Source of the DNA: Sulfurospirillum sp.
GTDB lineage: Bacteria; Campylobacterota; Campylobacteria; Campylobacterales; QNZT01
NCBI GenBank assembly: GCA_024762235.1
Contig: JANTHT010000003.1
Span: 1-43,829 of the forward strand
DNA length: 43,829 nucleotides
Direction of reading: 5' to 3'
Shown: positions 28,645-38,519 of the stretch, piece by piece
Numbering within the stretch: the stretch's first letter is position 1
Layout of the letters: every line of letters begins with the position of its first letter
The notes under the pieces: model-generated
Told to the model about the DNA's origin: nothing
What the model saw: only the letters and a program-made list of their open reading frames with translations
The model's database searches: none
Position numbers and translations under genes: made by a program

Positions 28645-29969
28645 TGGCCATCGAAAAGATTCTGATAGCCAACAGGGGTGAGATAGCACTCAGAGCGATC
28701 AGAACGATCAAAGAGATGGGCAAGCAGGCGATCGCCGTCTACTCACAGGCGGATAAAGATGCCCTCTATCTGCAGTATGCCGACGCTTCCATCTGTATCG
28801 GTAAAGACCGTTCGGATCAGAGTTATCTCAATATCCCCGCGATCATCTCAGCTGCTGAGGTGAGCGGATGTGACGCGATCTTTCCCGGATACGGTTTTTT
28901 AAGTGAAAATCAGGATTTCGTCGAAATCTGTAAATACCATGATATCAAATTTATCGGCCCGGATGTCAGTGTCATGCAACTGATGAGCGACAAATCCAAA
29001 GCCAAGGAAGTGATGAAAGAGGCGGGCGTGCCCGTCATCCCGGGCAGTGACGGCGCGATCGAAACGGTCGAGGCGGCGAAAGCCCTGGCTGATGAAATGG
29101 GATATCCCGTCATCGTCAAGGCGGCAGCAGGCGGCGGCGGACGCGGTATGCGCAAGATAGACAACCCCGAAGAGGTTGAAAACGCTTTTCTCGCAGCCTC
29201 TTCCGAAGCGCTGAACGCCTTCGGGGACGGTACGATGTACATGGAGAAGTTCATCGAGAATCCGCGACATGTCGAAGTGCAGGTACTGGCGGATCAACAT
29301 GGCAATGTGATCCATCTGGGAGAGCGTGACTGTTCCCTGCAGCGCCGCCACCAGAAACTGATCGAAGAGTCCCCTGCTCTCGTACTCAACGACGAGCGGC
29401 GCAAGGCGCTGCACGATGCGGCAGTCAGGGCGACACGCTATATCAAATATGAAAATGCCGGAACCTTCGAGTTTCTTGTCGACAAAAACGGTGACTTCTA
29501 CTTCATGGAGATGAATACACGCCTGCAGGTAGAACACCCTGTCAGCGAGATGGTCAGCGGGGTCGATATCATCGAGTGGATGATCCGCATCGCCGAGGGA
29601 GAGGCGCTCTTTTCCCAGGAGAGTCTCTCTTTGAGCGGGCATGCCATCGAGTGCAGGATCACCGCCGAAGATCCGGTCAAGTTCATGCCAAGCCCCGGTA
29701 AGATCACCACATGGATCGTTCCCGGCGGCAGAAACGTACGTGTCGATTCGCACGCGTATCAGGGGTATGTCGTACCGCAGTACTACGACTCCATGATCGG
29801 CAAGCTGATCGTGCATGAGAGCACGCGGGAGCGTGCCATCGCCAAGATGAAAGAGGCGCTCAGGGAGTTTCGCGTGGAAGGGATCAAAACGGTCATCGAT
29901 TTTCACAAAGAGATGATGGACAATCCCGACTTTCAGAGCAACAACTTCGATACCAACTATCTGGGGTGA
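28644..29969 (+). CDS. accC: Biotin carboxylase
   Basis: ILIANRGEIA, PGYGFLSEN, GGGGRGM, ERDCSLQRRHQK, EMNTRLQVEHP, YYDSMIGK. Confidence 0.97.
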   Translation: MAIEKILIANRGEIALRAIRTIKEMGKQAIAVYSQADKDALYLQYADASICIGKDRSDQSYLNIPAIISAAEVSGCDAIFPGYGFLSENQDFVEICKYHDIKFIGPDVSVMQLMSDKSKAKEVMKEAGVPVIPGSDGAIETVEAAKALADEMGYPVIVKAAAGGGGRGMRKIDNPEEVENAFLAASSEALNAFGDGTMYMEKFIENPRHVEVQVLADQHGNVIHLGERDCSLQRRHQKLIEESPALVLNDERRKALHDAAVRATRYIKYENAGTFEFLVDKNGDFYFMEMNTRLQVEHPVSEMVSGVDIIEWMIRIAEGEALFSQESLSLSGHAIECRITAEDPVKFMPSPGKITTWIVPGGRNVRVDSHAYQGYVVPQYYDSMIGKLIVHESTRERAIAKMKEALREFRVEGIKTVIDFHKEMMDNPDFQSNNFDTNYLG

Positions 29970-29981
29970 AGCACCATATCA

Positions 29982-29997
29982 TCCCGGTGCGCCGGGA
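29982..29997. terminator. Short hairpin between convergent genes
   Basis: TCCCGG-TGCG-CCGGGA; no strong U-tract. Confidence 0.4.
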
Positions 29998-30022
29998 CTT
30001 CGGTATCTACAGCCGGTAGCGG

Positions 30023-31084
30023 TCAGTAGATATCGCAGCGGATATCTGTCTGTGCATCTATTTGGATCTTCTCCTCTTCGGTGTAGGCGCGGATCTTGTT
30101 TTCCGGATCATTGAAAAAGAGTTTGATGCGTATGGTGCCTTCACGCGTAGAGGGGCAGTAGTTGATCTTGTAGAAACTGCTGTTGTAAAGGAGGTTCTTG
30201 TAGGCCTGGGTGAAAGCGCTCTGGATATCCTCCGCAGAGGCTTCGAAGTGACGCGATTTGCCGCTGATCTCTGCCAGGGTTCTGTTGTCCGCATCGCCTA
30301 TACCGATCGTGTAGTACTGGATATCCGGTTTGAGAGATTTGAGCATATCCTGCTTGCTGACCAGGCCGGCTGTATCTCTTCCATCGGTGAAGATAAAGAC
30401 CGATCCCATCTCAAAACGGCTCTTGTTTTCACAGCCTATCCACGAGCAGATCTTATCCCCGGCCTGTTCCACTGCACCGTAGAGATTGGTGGAAAAATCG
30501 TATCCTTTGAGATAGCGTTCGACAAAACTTTCATCTCTGAGTTTTTCGATCACATTTTTCAGGATCGTGACGTTTGCGGTGGGAAACTCACTCTGGGACG
30601 AGAGCGGCAAGATCTCTTTTTTGGCATTGAAGTAGTAGATGGCGATATCGTAGCGCCCCTCCTGGATGACATTGGAGATAAACGCGTTTGCAGAGCTGAT
30701 GAGCTGGTCACGTGTGCTGCTGTTGTCGATGATCGAACCGGAGAGATCGAGCAGCAGCATCACCTTGCTGTCCACCTCGTTGTTGCTCTTCTCGACAGAG
30801 ACCCGGCTCTCCTCTTTATGGACACCGTTTTCGAGGAGTGTATAGTAGGCTGGATTCTCCAGTGCATCTTTTTCGGCGTAGATTTCCGGTTTGTTGCGTG
30901 TCTGCACGACCATCTGCCAGTGCCCTCCCAGACTGTAGTCACCCGATACAAAACGGCTCTTCTGTACCGTGGTAAACGAGAGATCACCGCTTGAGCGGGT
31001 ATCGCCGGAGTCACCTGTTGCGGCGGTCCTGCCACACCCTGTAATCGTGAGGAGCAGTAAAAAAAGAAGCGCTGTTTTGAACAT
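30023..31084 (-). CDS. von Willebrand factor A domain lipoprotein
   Basis: Lipobox ITGC; MIDAS LLLDLSGS; STNLYGA; FIFTDG; YTIGIG. Confidence 0.85.
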   Translation of the reverse strand: MFKTALLFLLLLTITGCGRTAATGDSGDTRSSGDLSFTTVQKSRFVSGDYSLGGHWQMVVQTRNKPEIYAEKDALENPAYYTLLENGVHKEESRVSVEKSNNEVDSKVMLLLDLSGSIIDNSSTRDQLISSANAFISNVIQEGRYDIAIYYFNAKKEILPLSSQSEFPTANVTILKNVIEKLRDESFVERYLKGYDFSTNLYGAVEQAGDKICSWIGCENKSRFEMGSVFIFTDGRDTAGLVSKQDMLKSLKPDIQYYTIGIGDADNRTLAEISGKSRHFEASAEDIQSAFTQAYKNLLYNSSFYKINYCPSTREGTIRIKLFFNDPENKIRAYTEEEKIQIDAQTDIRCDIY

Positions 31085-31095
31085 ATACTATCCTT

Positions 31096-31929
31096 TTAGG
31101 GTTTTCTGATCACCTTGATATCGGCAGCCGATTTTTTCTTTTCGAAATAGGCGATGAGATTTGCCTGCTCCTGCTCTTTCATCATGCGCATCATGATCGC
31201 CTGTTTGACCTGTGTAAACGGGGCGGCTTTGGGTTTCCCTTTATATTCGACAAAAAACATCGCTGCCTGGTTTTTCCCGAGATTGACGATAGGTGTGAAC
31301 GATTTGACAGGAGTTTGCATGAGCAGCTGCATCAGTTTGGGGTTGCTCTTCTGTGGATCGAGTGTTCTGGGTGTGATCTTGACATTGGGCAACATCATCA
31401 TCGGCTGCATGCGTATCGCCTGCAGTGCCCGGGGATCGTTGCTCAGGTACTCCTGTATCTTCACTTTGCCGGGCATCGTAAACTCTTTTTTGTGCGCGAG
31501 ATAGTACTTTTTTAGCGCTTCATCGTCAGGTTTTTGCAACTTGCCGGAGAGTATCTTGCGATAGAGTTTCTCTTTTCTGATCTGCTTTTCGAGATCGTGT
31601 CGCAGGCTTTCGAGTGTTTTGCCCTCTTTTTTGAGCGCCTGCTCGAACTGTGACAGTGTCATGCCGTTCTGTTTCGCGATCATCATGATACGCTGATCCA
31701 CCTCTTCGGGTGAAGCGTAGATACCCTCTTTCTGCATCTCCTCCTCTTCGATCTTCTCCTGTATGAGGGCGTTAACAGCATCCTCTTTGGAGATTTTGGC
31801 TTTTTTGCTGAGTTGATCGATCTCGTAGACCGTGATAGGTTCTCCGTTGACCGTCATGGCGATCGCGTTGATGGTACGTGCAAAAAGCGGGACCGCGATC
31901 AGCAAAAAGATTAAAAAATATTTTGTCAT
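31096..31929 (-). CDS. SurA-like periplasmic chaperone / parvulin-related protein
   Basis: Signal peptide; NAIAMTVNGEPIT, IAKQNGMT..QF..AL..EG, C-terminal ADIKVIR. Start reassigned to ATG 31929. Confidence 0.82.
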   Translation of the reverse strand: MTKYFLIFLLIAVPLFARTINAIAMTVNGEPITVYEIDQLSKKAKISKEDAVNALIQEKIEEEEMQKEGIYASPEEVDQRIMMIAKQNGMTLSQFEQALKKEGKTLESLRHDLEKQIRKEKLYRKILSGKLQKPDDEALKKYYLAHKKEFTMPGKVKIQEYLSNDPRALQAIRMQPMMMLPNVKITPRTLDPQKSNPKLMQLLMQTPVKSFTPIVNLGKNQAAMFFVEYKGKPKAAPFTQVKQAIMMRMMKEQEQANLIAYFEKKKSAADIKVIRKP

Positions 31930-32008
31930 AGTTAAAAATCCTTGCATTTATCGATAATTGAAGATTATAGCACATTATGCTAAAATTGCTCCAAAAAAAA
32001 GGGAGACG

Positions 32009-33406
32009 ATGATCACGACAAGATTCGCGCCTAGCCCCACCGGTTACCTGCATATCGGGGGGCTTCGCACTGCGCTCTACAGCTATCTGTGGGCACGCAA
32101 AAACAGTGGAAGATTTCTGCTGCGCATAGAGGATACTGACCTCAAAAGAAACTCCAGAGAGGCTGCCCTGGCGATCGAGGAGGCATTCAGATGGGTCGGG
32201 CTTTCACACGACGATGAGGTGGTCTATCAGTCAGAACGATTTGACCTCTACAGAAAATATATCCAAAAACTCCTCGACGAAGATAAAGCCTACTACTGCT
32301 ACATGAGCCGCGAAGAGCTCGATGCCCTCAGAGCCGAACAGCAGGCGAGAAAAGAGCGCCCCCGCTACGACGGCAGATACCGCGATTTCAAAGGTACGCC
32401 GCCCGAGGGGATCGAACCGGTGGTACGCATCAAAGCGCCTACAGAAGGGGAGATCGCCTTTGAAGACGGCATCAAGGGAAAGGTGCGTTTCAAAGCCGAA
32501 GATGTTCTCGATGACTTTATCATCGCCAGAGCAGACGGGACGCCGACCTACAACTTTGTCGTCGCGATCGACGATGCGCTGATGGGCATCACCGATGTGA
32601 TCCGCGGAGATGACCACCTCTCCAACACACCCAAACAGATCGTCGTCTACAACGCACTGGGATTTACATTGCCGAAGTTCTATCATGTACCGATGATTCT
32701 CAATCCAAACGGTAAAAAACTCTCCAAAAGAGACGGTGCGATGGATGTGATGGAGTACAAACGCATGGGGTATATGCCCGAAGCGCTGCTCAACTTTCTG
32801 GTACGACTCGGGTGGAGTCACGGAGATCAGGAAATCTTCTCGTTTCAGGAGATGCTCGAACTCTTCGATCCCTCAGAGATCAACAAGTCCGCTTCCGCCT
32901 ACAATGCTGAAAAACTGCTCTGGCTCAATGCACACTACATCAAAAACGCTTCGTACGAGAGACTGTTGCAGGAGCTCAGGAACTTCGATGTGCATGTTTA
33001 CGATCATGACAGAAAAGAGATACTCATCGATGCGCTGAGGGAACGCGCCAAAACGCTGGTGGAACTGGCGGATATGGCAAAGGCGATCCTCTATCCGCCC
33101 GAGAATTACGATGAAAAGGCTGTCAAAAAGTTCATCAACGAGGAAGCGCTGGAGATTTTGCAGCGCTACGCGGCCTATCTGAAGATCTCAGAAAACCCCC
33201 TCCACCTTCCGGTCGATTTCGAGGAGGTGACCAAAGCCTTCATGAAAGAGCATGACCTGAAGATGAAGCAGCTTGCCCAGCCTATCCGCATCGCACTGGT
33301 AGGGAGTGCCGTGAGCCCTTCGGTATACGATGTGCTTAGCATTGTCGGAAGAGATGAGGTGATTGCCCGAATCGAGAAATTGATCAGGAGATTCAAAAAT
33401 CGCTAA
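32009..33406 (+). CDS. gltX: Glutamate--tRNA ligase
   Basis: TRFAPSPTGYLHIGG, RIEDTD, IRGDDH, KLSKR. ATG 32009 follows GGGAG. Confidence 0.96.
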   Translation: MITTRFAPSPTGYLHIGGLRTALYSYLWARKNSGRFLLRIEDTDLKRNSREAALAIEEAFRWVGLSHDDEVVYQSERFDLYRKYIQKLLDEDKAYYCYMSREELDALRAEQQARKERPRYDGRYRDFKGTPPEGIEPVVRIKAPTEGEIAFEDGIKGKVRFKAEDVLDDFIIARADGTPTYNFVVAIDDALMGITDVIRGDDHLSNTPKQIVVYNALGFTLPKFYHVPMILNPNGKKLSKRDGAMDVMEYKRMGYMPEALLNFLVRLGWSHGDQEIFSFQEMLELFDPSEINKSASAYNAEKLLWLNAHYIKNASYERLLQELRNFDVHVYDHDRKEILIDALRERAKTLVELADMAKAILYPPENYDEKAVKKFINEEALEILQRYAAYLKISENPLHLPVDFEEVTKAFMKEHDLKMKQLAQPIRIALVGSAVSPSVYDVLSIVGRDEVIARIEKLIRRFKNR

Positions 33407-33420
33407 AAAAAGGAACTGTG

Positions 33421-34707
33421 ATGGAAGACTTTAAACAAGAGACACTCAAATACCACGAAGGGGGCAAAATAGGGACACTGCTGACCAAACCGTGCAATAC
33501 CCAGAAAGAGTTGTCGATGGCCTATACCCCCGGGGTCGCATATCCCTGTCTGGAGATCGAAAAAGATCCCTCTCTGGCTTACAAATACACTGCCAAAGGC
33601 AATCTCGTTGCGGTTATCAGCAACGGGACGGCGGTGCTCGGACTGGGCAATATCGGTGCACTCGCGGGTAAGCCCGTGATGGAGGGTAAAGCAGTACTCT
33701 TCAAAACGTTTGGAAAGGTGGATGCGGTCGATGTGGAAGTCGATTCGCACGATATCGACGAGATCGTCAATATCTGTACGGCGATCAGCCCGACCTACGG
33801 AGGTATCAACCTGGAAGATATCAAAGCGCCGGAGTGTTTCGAGATCGAGAAAAAGCTGCAGGAACGGGTCAATATCCCCGTCTTTCATGACGATCAGCAC
33901 GGTACGGCGATCATCACTGCCGCCGGCCTGCTCAACGCGCTCGATCTGACGGGCAAAAAGATCGAAGAGATCAAGATCGTCATCATCGGAGCGGGTGCCG
34001 CAGGTCTCGCGAGTGCGAAGATGTACAGAAATCTGGGAGCCAAACATATCGTGATGGTCGACTCCAAAGGGGTGATCAACACACGCAGAACCGATTTGAA
34101 CAGATACAAAGCCGAGTTCGCTGTAGATACCGCTGCCGATACCCTCGCCGAAGCGCTTCAGGGTGCAGACATGATGCTCGGGCTCAGCGGCCCCAACATC
34201 GTCTCTCAGGAGATGGTCAAAACGATGGCGCCCAATGCGATCATCTTCGCATGCTCCAACCCGACACCGGAAATCACGCCGGACAAAGTGAAAGAGGTAC
34301 GACCCGACATCATCATGGGAACAGGCCGCAGCGACTACCCCAACCAGGTCAACAATGTCCTCGGATTTCCCTCCATCTTTCGCGGTGCACTCGATGTCAA
34401 AGCCAAAAAGATCACCGAAAACATGAAGATAGCCGCGGCACATGCGCTGGCGGACCTGGCCAAAGAACCGGTTCCCTACTATGTCAAGGCAGCCTATAAC
34501 AATCCGAACCTCGAATATGGCCCTGAGCATATCATACCGACCCCATTCAGTAAAGAGGTGATGGTCTGGGTCGCTTCCGCCGTCGCCAAAGCGGCATATG
34601 AAGATGGTGTTACGGAGATACAGCACTGTGATGTCGATGCATACCGTGAGCGTCTGCGTAAACTCGCCTACATCGACGAAAACGAAGATACCAGTCTGCA
34701 AAGTTGA
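33421..34707 (+). CDS. NAD(P)-dependent malic enzyme (short form, no PTA domain)
   Basis: YTPGVA, GTAVLGLG, PVMEGK, NLEDI, FHDDQHGT, GAGAAG, GRSDYPNQVNN. Confidence 0.93.
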   Translation: MEDFKQETLKYHEGGKIGTLLTKPCNTQKELSMAYTPGVAYPCLEIEKDPSLAYKYTAKGNLVAVISNGTAVLGLGNIGALAGKPVMEGKAVLFKTFGKVDAVDVEVDSHDIDEIVNICTAISPTYGGINLEDIKAPECFEIEKKLQERVNIPVFHDDQHGTAIITAAGLLNALDLTGKKIEEIKIVIIGAGAAGLASAKMYRNLGAKHIVMVDSKGVINTRRTDLNRYKAEFAVDTAADTLAEALQGADMMLGLSGPNIVSQEMVKTMAPNAIIFACSNPTPEITPDKVKEVRPDIIMGTGRSDYPNQVNNVLGFPSIFRGALDVKAKKITENMKIAAAHALADLAKEPVPYYVKAAYNNPNLEYGPEHIIPTPFSKEVMVWVASAVAKAAYEDGVTEIQHCDVDAYRERLRKLAYIDENEDTSLQS

Positions 34708-34837
34708 CAAAAAACCTTTTCACGCTTTCGAAACTCCCGGATAAAGGGGAGTTTTCGGAAGATATTTTGACCTATCGCATGTCGAAGCCGGTACGATCTG
34801 GCTGGCATTGCATATCTACGACAAGGAGATCACATGA
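34704..34837 (+). pseudogene. Internally deleted, frameshifted small cupin-family gene remnant
   Basis: TTG-start frame MTKNLFTLSKLPDKGEFSEDILTYR, then a second frame HVEAGTIWLALHIYDKEIT*. Both ends overlap the neighbouring genes as if translationally coupled. Confidence 0.5.
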
Positions 34838-35319
34838 GTCTGCAACTCTTTATCACCGGCGGAACGATCGCCAAATATTACGACGAGATCAATGGAAAAC
34901 TGGCATTTGACCCCGATCATATGACCAAACTGCTCGAAGAGGCGAGATGCAGGGCAGATATCGAAATCGAAACGCTGATGCTCAAAGATTCGCTGGAGAT
35001 GGACGAAGTCGACCGTGAGATCATCTATCAGTCATGTCTGACAACGCCTTCAGAGAGGATCCTCATCACCCACGGTACCGATACGATGGTCGAGACAGCA
35101 AACAAACTCTCGACGATTACCGATAAAACGATCGTTCTCACCGGTGCGATGATCCCTTTCGCGTTCAAGCACTCCGATGCGCTTTTCAACGTCGGTACGG
35201 CACTCGGTGCTGCCGTATCGATGCCGCATGGCGTCTATCTGGCGATGAATGGAGAGGTCTTTGTCTACAACAACGTTTACAAAGACAAAGAGCGTGGCGA
35301 ATTCTGTGCATTGAGTTAA
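34834..35319 (+). CDS. L-asparaginase N-terminal-domain protein
   Basis: ITGGTI, KDSLEM, ITHGTDTM, IVLTGAM, SDALFN; lacks the C-terminal domain. Confidence 0.88.
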   Translation: MSLQLFITGGTIAKYYDEINGKLAFDPDHMTKLLEEARCRADIEIETLMLKDSLEMDEVDREIIYQSCLTTPSERILITHGTDTMVETANKLSTITDKTIVLTGAMIPFAFKHSDALFNVGTALGAAVSMPHGVYLAMNGEVFVYNNVYKDKERGEFCALS

Positions 35320-35372
35320 GTGTAAAATTTCTTGTGTTAGTATGGTGACAATCGAGCTAAAAGGATCACTAT

Positions 35373-36272
35373 ATGAAATGGAAAAACAGACGTCAGAGTA
35401 GCAATGTCGATGACCGACGCGCTGCATCGGGTGGCGGCGGAGGCAGAGGGTTTCGCATGCCCTCTCTGCAGACTCTCTTCTTTATCTATCCCCTCATCAA
35501 ACCGCTGTTGCGCAGCAAGGTCGGCATTCTGGTGATCGTTTTGGGAGCGATCGCCTATATCAGCGGTTTCAACCCGCTCTCGCTGATCGGCGGCGGTGCG
35601 CACAAAGCCCCCGCATCCAAAGAGGCGAAACTGAAGGATGACGAAGAGGCGGCTTTCATGAAGACGGTGCTGGCAGATACCGAAGATGTCTGGTCGGCTA
35701 TCTTTCGTCAGGCGGGAGCAAAATATAAACCGCCGGTGATGGTGCTTTATCGCGGCAGTACGCGCAGCGGATGCGGTTATGCGCAGGCACAGATGGGGCC
35801 TTTTTACTGTCCAAACGATCAGAAAGTCTATATCGATCTCGGTTTTTTCGACGAACTCAGAAAACGTTTCGGAGCGACGGGAGATTTTGCACAGGCATAT
35901 GTTCTGGCGCATGAGGTGGGACACCATATACAAAATCTGGAAGGCACACTCCAGAAAGTGGAGATGGCCAAACAGCGAAGCTATGGAGAGAAGGGGCAAA
36001 ATGCCCTTCAGGTGCGTGTCGAACTCCAGGCGGATTGCTACGCCGGTGTCTGGGCGCATCATGCGCAGAAGATGAAAGGGATCTTAGAGCGGGGAGATAT
36101 CGACGAAGCACTGGGTGCGGCGAGTGCGATCGGCGATGACCGTATCCAGAAGCAGACGACGGGGTATGTCATGCCGGACAGTTTTACGCATGGAACATCG
36201 AAACAGCGCATGGAGTGGTTTTACAAAGGACTTAAAACAGGCGACCTGAGCGCTTGCAATACATTCCGTTAA
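35373..36272 (+). CDS. Neutral zinc metallopeptidase (YpfJ-like)
   Basis: SSNVDDRR, GPFYCP, GDFAQAYVLAHEVGHHIQ, ELQADCYAG, SFTHGTS. Confidence 0.92.
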   Translation: MKWKNRRQSSNVDDRRAASGGGGGRGFRMPSLQTLFFIYPLIKPLLRSKVGILVIVLGAIAYISGFNPLSLIGGGAHKAPASKEAKLKDDEEAAFMKTVLADTEDVWSAIFRQAGAKYKPPVMVLYRGSTRSGCGYAQAQMGPFYCPNDQKVYIDLGFFDELRKRFGATGDFAQAYVLAHEVGHHIQNLEGTLQKVEMAKQRSYGEKGQNALQVRVELQADCYAGVWAHHAQKMKGILERGDIDEALGAASAIGDDRIQKQTTGYVMPDSFTHGTSKQRMEWFYKGLKTGDLSACNTFR

Positions 36273-36289
36273 GCCGCAAAAGAGCGGCT
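36272..36289 (+). terminator. Short hairpin after the metallopeptidase gene
   Basis: AGCCGC-AAAAGA-GCGGCT. Confidence 0.4.
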
Positions 36290-36391
36290 ACGGTGCTTTC
36301 TCTATTTATAGCATTAATTTTTCAGTAAAATTAAATCTTTCACTTCCAAAAATGTAGTATCATGTTGTTATATCGAATGAAGGAGGAGCAT

Positions 36392-36880
36392 ATGGCTGAA
36401 ATCAAAGAGATCGTGGAAAAATCGAAAAAAGTGCTCGAGGAGCTCGAAGAGAGGGTCGAAGATGCGACAGAAGGTATGAGTGAAGAGGCGAAAGAGACCT
36501 GGAGTGAGATCAGGAGCAACTTTACAGCGATCGGAGAAAAACTCAAAAATGCACTCAATATGGAAGAGAAAAAAGAGGATTTGGCATCGAAACTGGAAGT
36601 GATCGAAGCCAAAGAGAAACTGGTCAAAATCAAAGAGGGTGCCGAAGCGTTCACTGACAAAGTGGCGCAAAAAACAGAGGAAGAGATAGACATGGCGGCA
36701 CTCCGGGCGCATCTGGCGAAAGAGGAGGCGGAGGAGCTTTGGGAAGAGAAGCGTAAAGAGCTCTCACGTGCCTATCAGGAGAAAGAGTATGAAGTCAAAA
36801 AGATGGCCAAAGAAGCGGCTGAAGAGGTAGAAACCTTTTTTGAAAATCTGCTCAACAGTTTTAAAGAGAAAAAAGCGTAG
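36392..36880 (+). CDS. Highly charged coiled-coil hypothetical protein
   Basis: AGGAGG RBS before ATG 36392; E/K-rich helices with a repeated EAKETWSE / EAEELWEE motif. Confidence 0.8.
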   Translation: MAEIKEIVEKSKKVLEELEERVEDATEGMSEEAKETWSEIRSNFTAIGEKLKNALNMEEKKEDLASKLEVIEAKEKLVKIKEGAEAFTDKVAQKTEEEIDMAALRAHLAKEEAEELWEEKRKELSRAYQEKEYEVKKMAKEAAEEVETFFENLLNSFKEKKA

Positions 36881-36910
36881 TGCCGCCACCCGCTCAGTGC
36901 GGGCTGTGTG

Positions 36911-37657
36911 TCAGTGCTCTTCGTAAGAGTTCTGGTCGAAAACGCTGTAGATCGTCGAACCGTCACTGTTTTGACGGATCGCCGCTATCTGTCCCCACCC
37001 TTCCGCATAGTAACGGTCGATCTTCGTGCCGTTCAGATCGCCGCAGTAAACATGTAAGACACTGCCGTAGTAGCCGTTCGGGTCTGCCTGAACTGGCATG
37101 TATCCATCCGACATATCGAAGTTTTCGAGATGCTCTTTGATGACACAGGCACCGTTTTCGTTGCGTAACAGATCGCTTCCTGCCTGCAGATACCGCCGGT
37201 ATTGTTCCATTTGTACGGGAACATCGTTGGCATCGTAGTAGGTGACGCTGATGCGGTTCTCGTCGACGACATAGCGTTCTACTCTTTTCTGATCGGGTGC
37301 GATTCCTTCGAAGACATTGACGATCGGGCGATCGAGGTCATCTTTGACCCCTTCGAGATAGCGATGTATCTCATCAGGCTGTTGTGTGAAGTAACCGTTG
37401 CTATCCTGATAGGTGACATGAAAGGTTTTCGATACGGAACGGCTCTCAAGTGTTTTGGTGGGCAGGAGATAGCCTGAAAGATCATACTCCAGACCATGAC
37501 CCGTTCCCGGCTGCGGTACGACACTCTGCTGGTTCTGTGTGTTGTCATACCCCTGGTTGTTGTAGCCGCCATCCGAAGTGGACGTGTCACCGGTTGTACA
37601 ACCGGTCAGCCACGATACCATGAGGAGAGATGAGAGTATCAGCTGTAGTTTTTGCAT
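36911..37657 (-). CDS. Hypothetical lipoprotein, paralogous to 14412-15164
   Basis: AAGGAG RBS before ATG 37657; lipobox LTGC; N/Q/G-rich linker; C-terminal RYYAEGWGQI. Confidence 0.82.
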   Translation of the reverse strand: MQKLQLILSSLLMVSWLTGCTTGDTSTSDGGYNNQGYDNTQNQQSVVPQPGTGHGLEYDLSGYLLPTKTLESRSVSKTFHVTYQDSNGYFTQQPDEIHRYLEGVKDDLDRPIVNVFEGIAPDQKRVERYVVDENRISVTYYDANDVPVQMEQYRRYLQAGSDLLRNENGACVIKEHLENFDMSDGYMPVQADPNGYYGSVLHVYCGDLNGTKIDRYYAEGWGQIAAIRQNSDGSTIYSVFDQNSYEEH

Positions 37658-37718
37658 AGCGTTCTCCTTTATGCTCTTTATATCGTTTGGAAAATTATAG
37701 CACCAAATCGTGGAAAAA

Positions 37719-38174
37719 TCAGCCTGCAAAGACCATCGCATAGAGTATCCATCCCGTGATCACGGTCATCACGACATCACCGAAGACGATCAGACCATAC
37801 TTTTTGTGCGGAAATCGAAAGTGCACAGGGTATCTTTTGGCTGAGATGACGATGAGCCAGAGCCATAAGAGAGTGGATGAGACGGCAAAGAAGAGATGGA
37901 CGACAAATATAGCTGTCAACATGTCGCTTCCATAATAACGGCTCTGCTCGATCACTTCGTAGAGACCGCCGAAACGTATGTCCAGTTCCAGGGCGATCAC
38001 CAGCAGGATGACGATAGTGATCAGGGTGATCTGGGACCATTTATGCAGATCGTAACGCTCTTTTCTGGCGAAGCGAATCGCTATGAAGAGCAGGAACGGC
38101 AGAGCAGCCGAAGCGAGCATGACTGTATCGACGATGATGTCCCCACGTGTACCAAGAAAACCCGATATCTGCAT
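37719..38174 (-). CDS. DUF420-like four-helix membrane protein
   Basis: GFLGTRGD, YDLHKWSQ, VVHLFFA, HKKYG; conserved His residues in TM helices. Confidence 0.75.
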   Translation of the reverse strand: MQISGFLGTRGDIIVDTVMLASAALPFLLFIAIRFARKERYDLHKWSQITLITIVILLVIALELDIRFGGLYEVIEQSRYYGSDMLTAIFVVHLFFAVSSTLLWLWLIVISAKRYPVHFRFPHKKYGLIVFGDVVMTVITGWILYAMVFAG

Positions 38175-38243
38175 TTGAACGGCCTTTATAATATCAATTA
38201 ATTTTTTTTATGATTATAACCAAATCTACTGTAAAATAGTTTT

Positions 38244-38519
38244 ATGACAATTCTAAACGGTTATATCGATATCCATTTACCGCATGTCAGTAGTCTGAAA
38301 GGGAGACGCGCGATTCTCAACGCGATCAAAGAGAGGCTCAGAAAGTACAATCTTTCACAGCTCGACATCAGTGGAGAGTACCCGAAAGAGGCGACGATTG
38401 CGATCATCTTTCTGGCGCCGGACAGCATCAAAGCGCAGCAGCAGATAGAGAAGATCGAATCACAACTTGAGAGCAGCTTTCCGGAAATAGAGTTCGAGAT
38501 CACTTATGAGATGAGTTAA
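38244..38519 (+). CDS. DUF503 (YlxP-like) protein
   Basis: [31 protein letters not shown] 6 nt before the ATG and no RBS. Confidence 0.8.
   Translation: MTILNGYIDIHLPHVSSLKGRRAILNAIKERLRKYNLSQLDISGEYPKEATIAIIFLAPDSIKAQQQIEKIESQLESSFPEIEFEITYEMS

Noticed and set aside
34704-34910. 68-aa ORF as an intact gene
   Set aside because: Its second half runs out of frame into the asparaginase gene; a deleted and frameshifted remnant explains it better.
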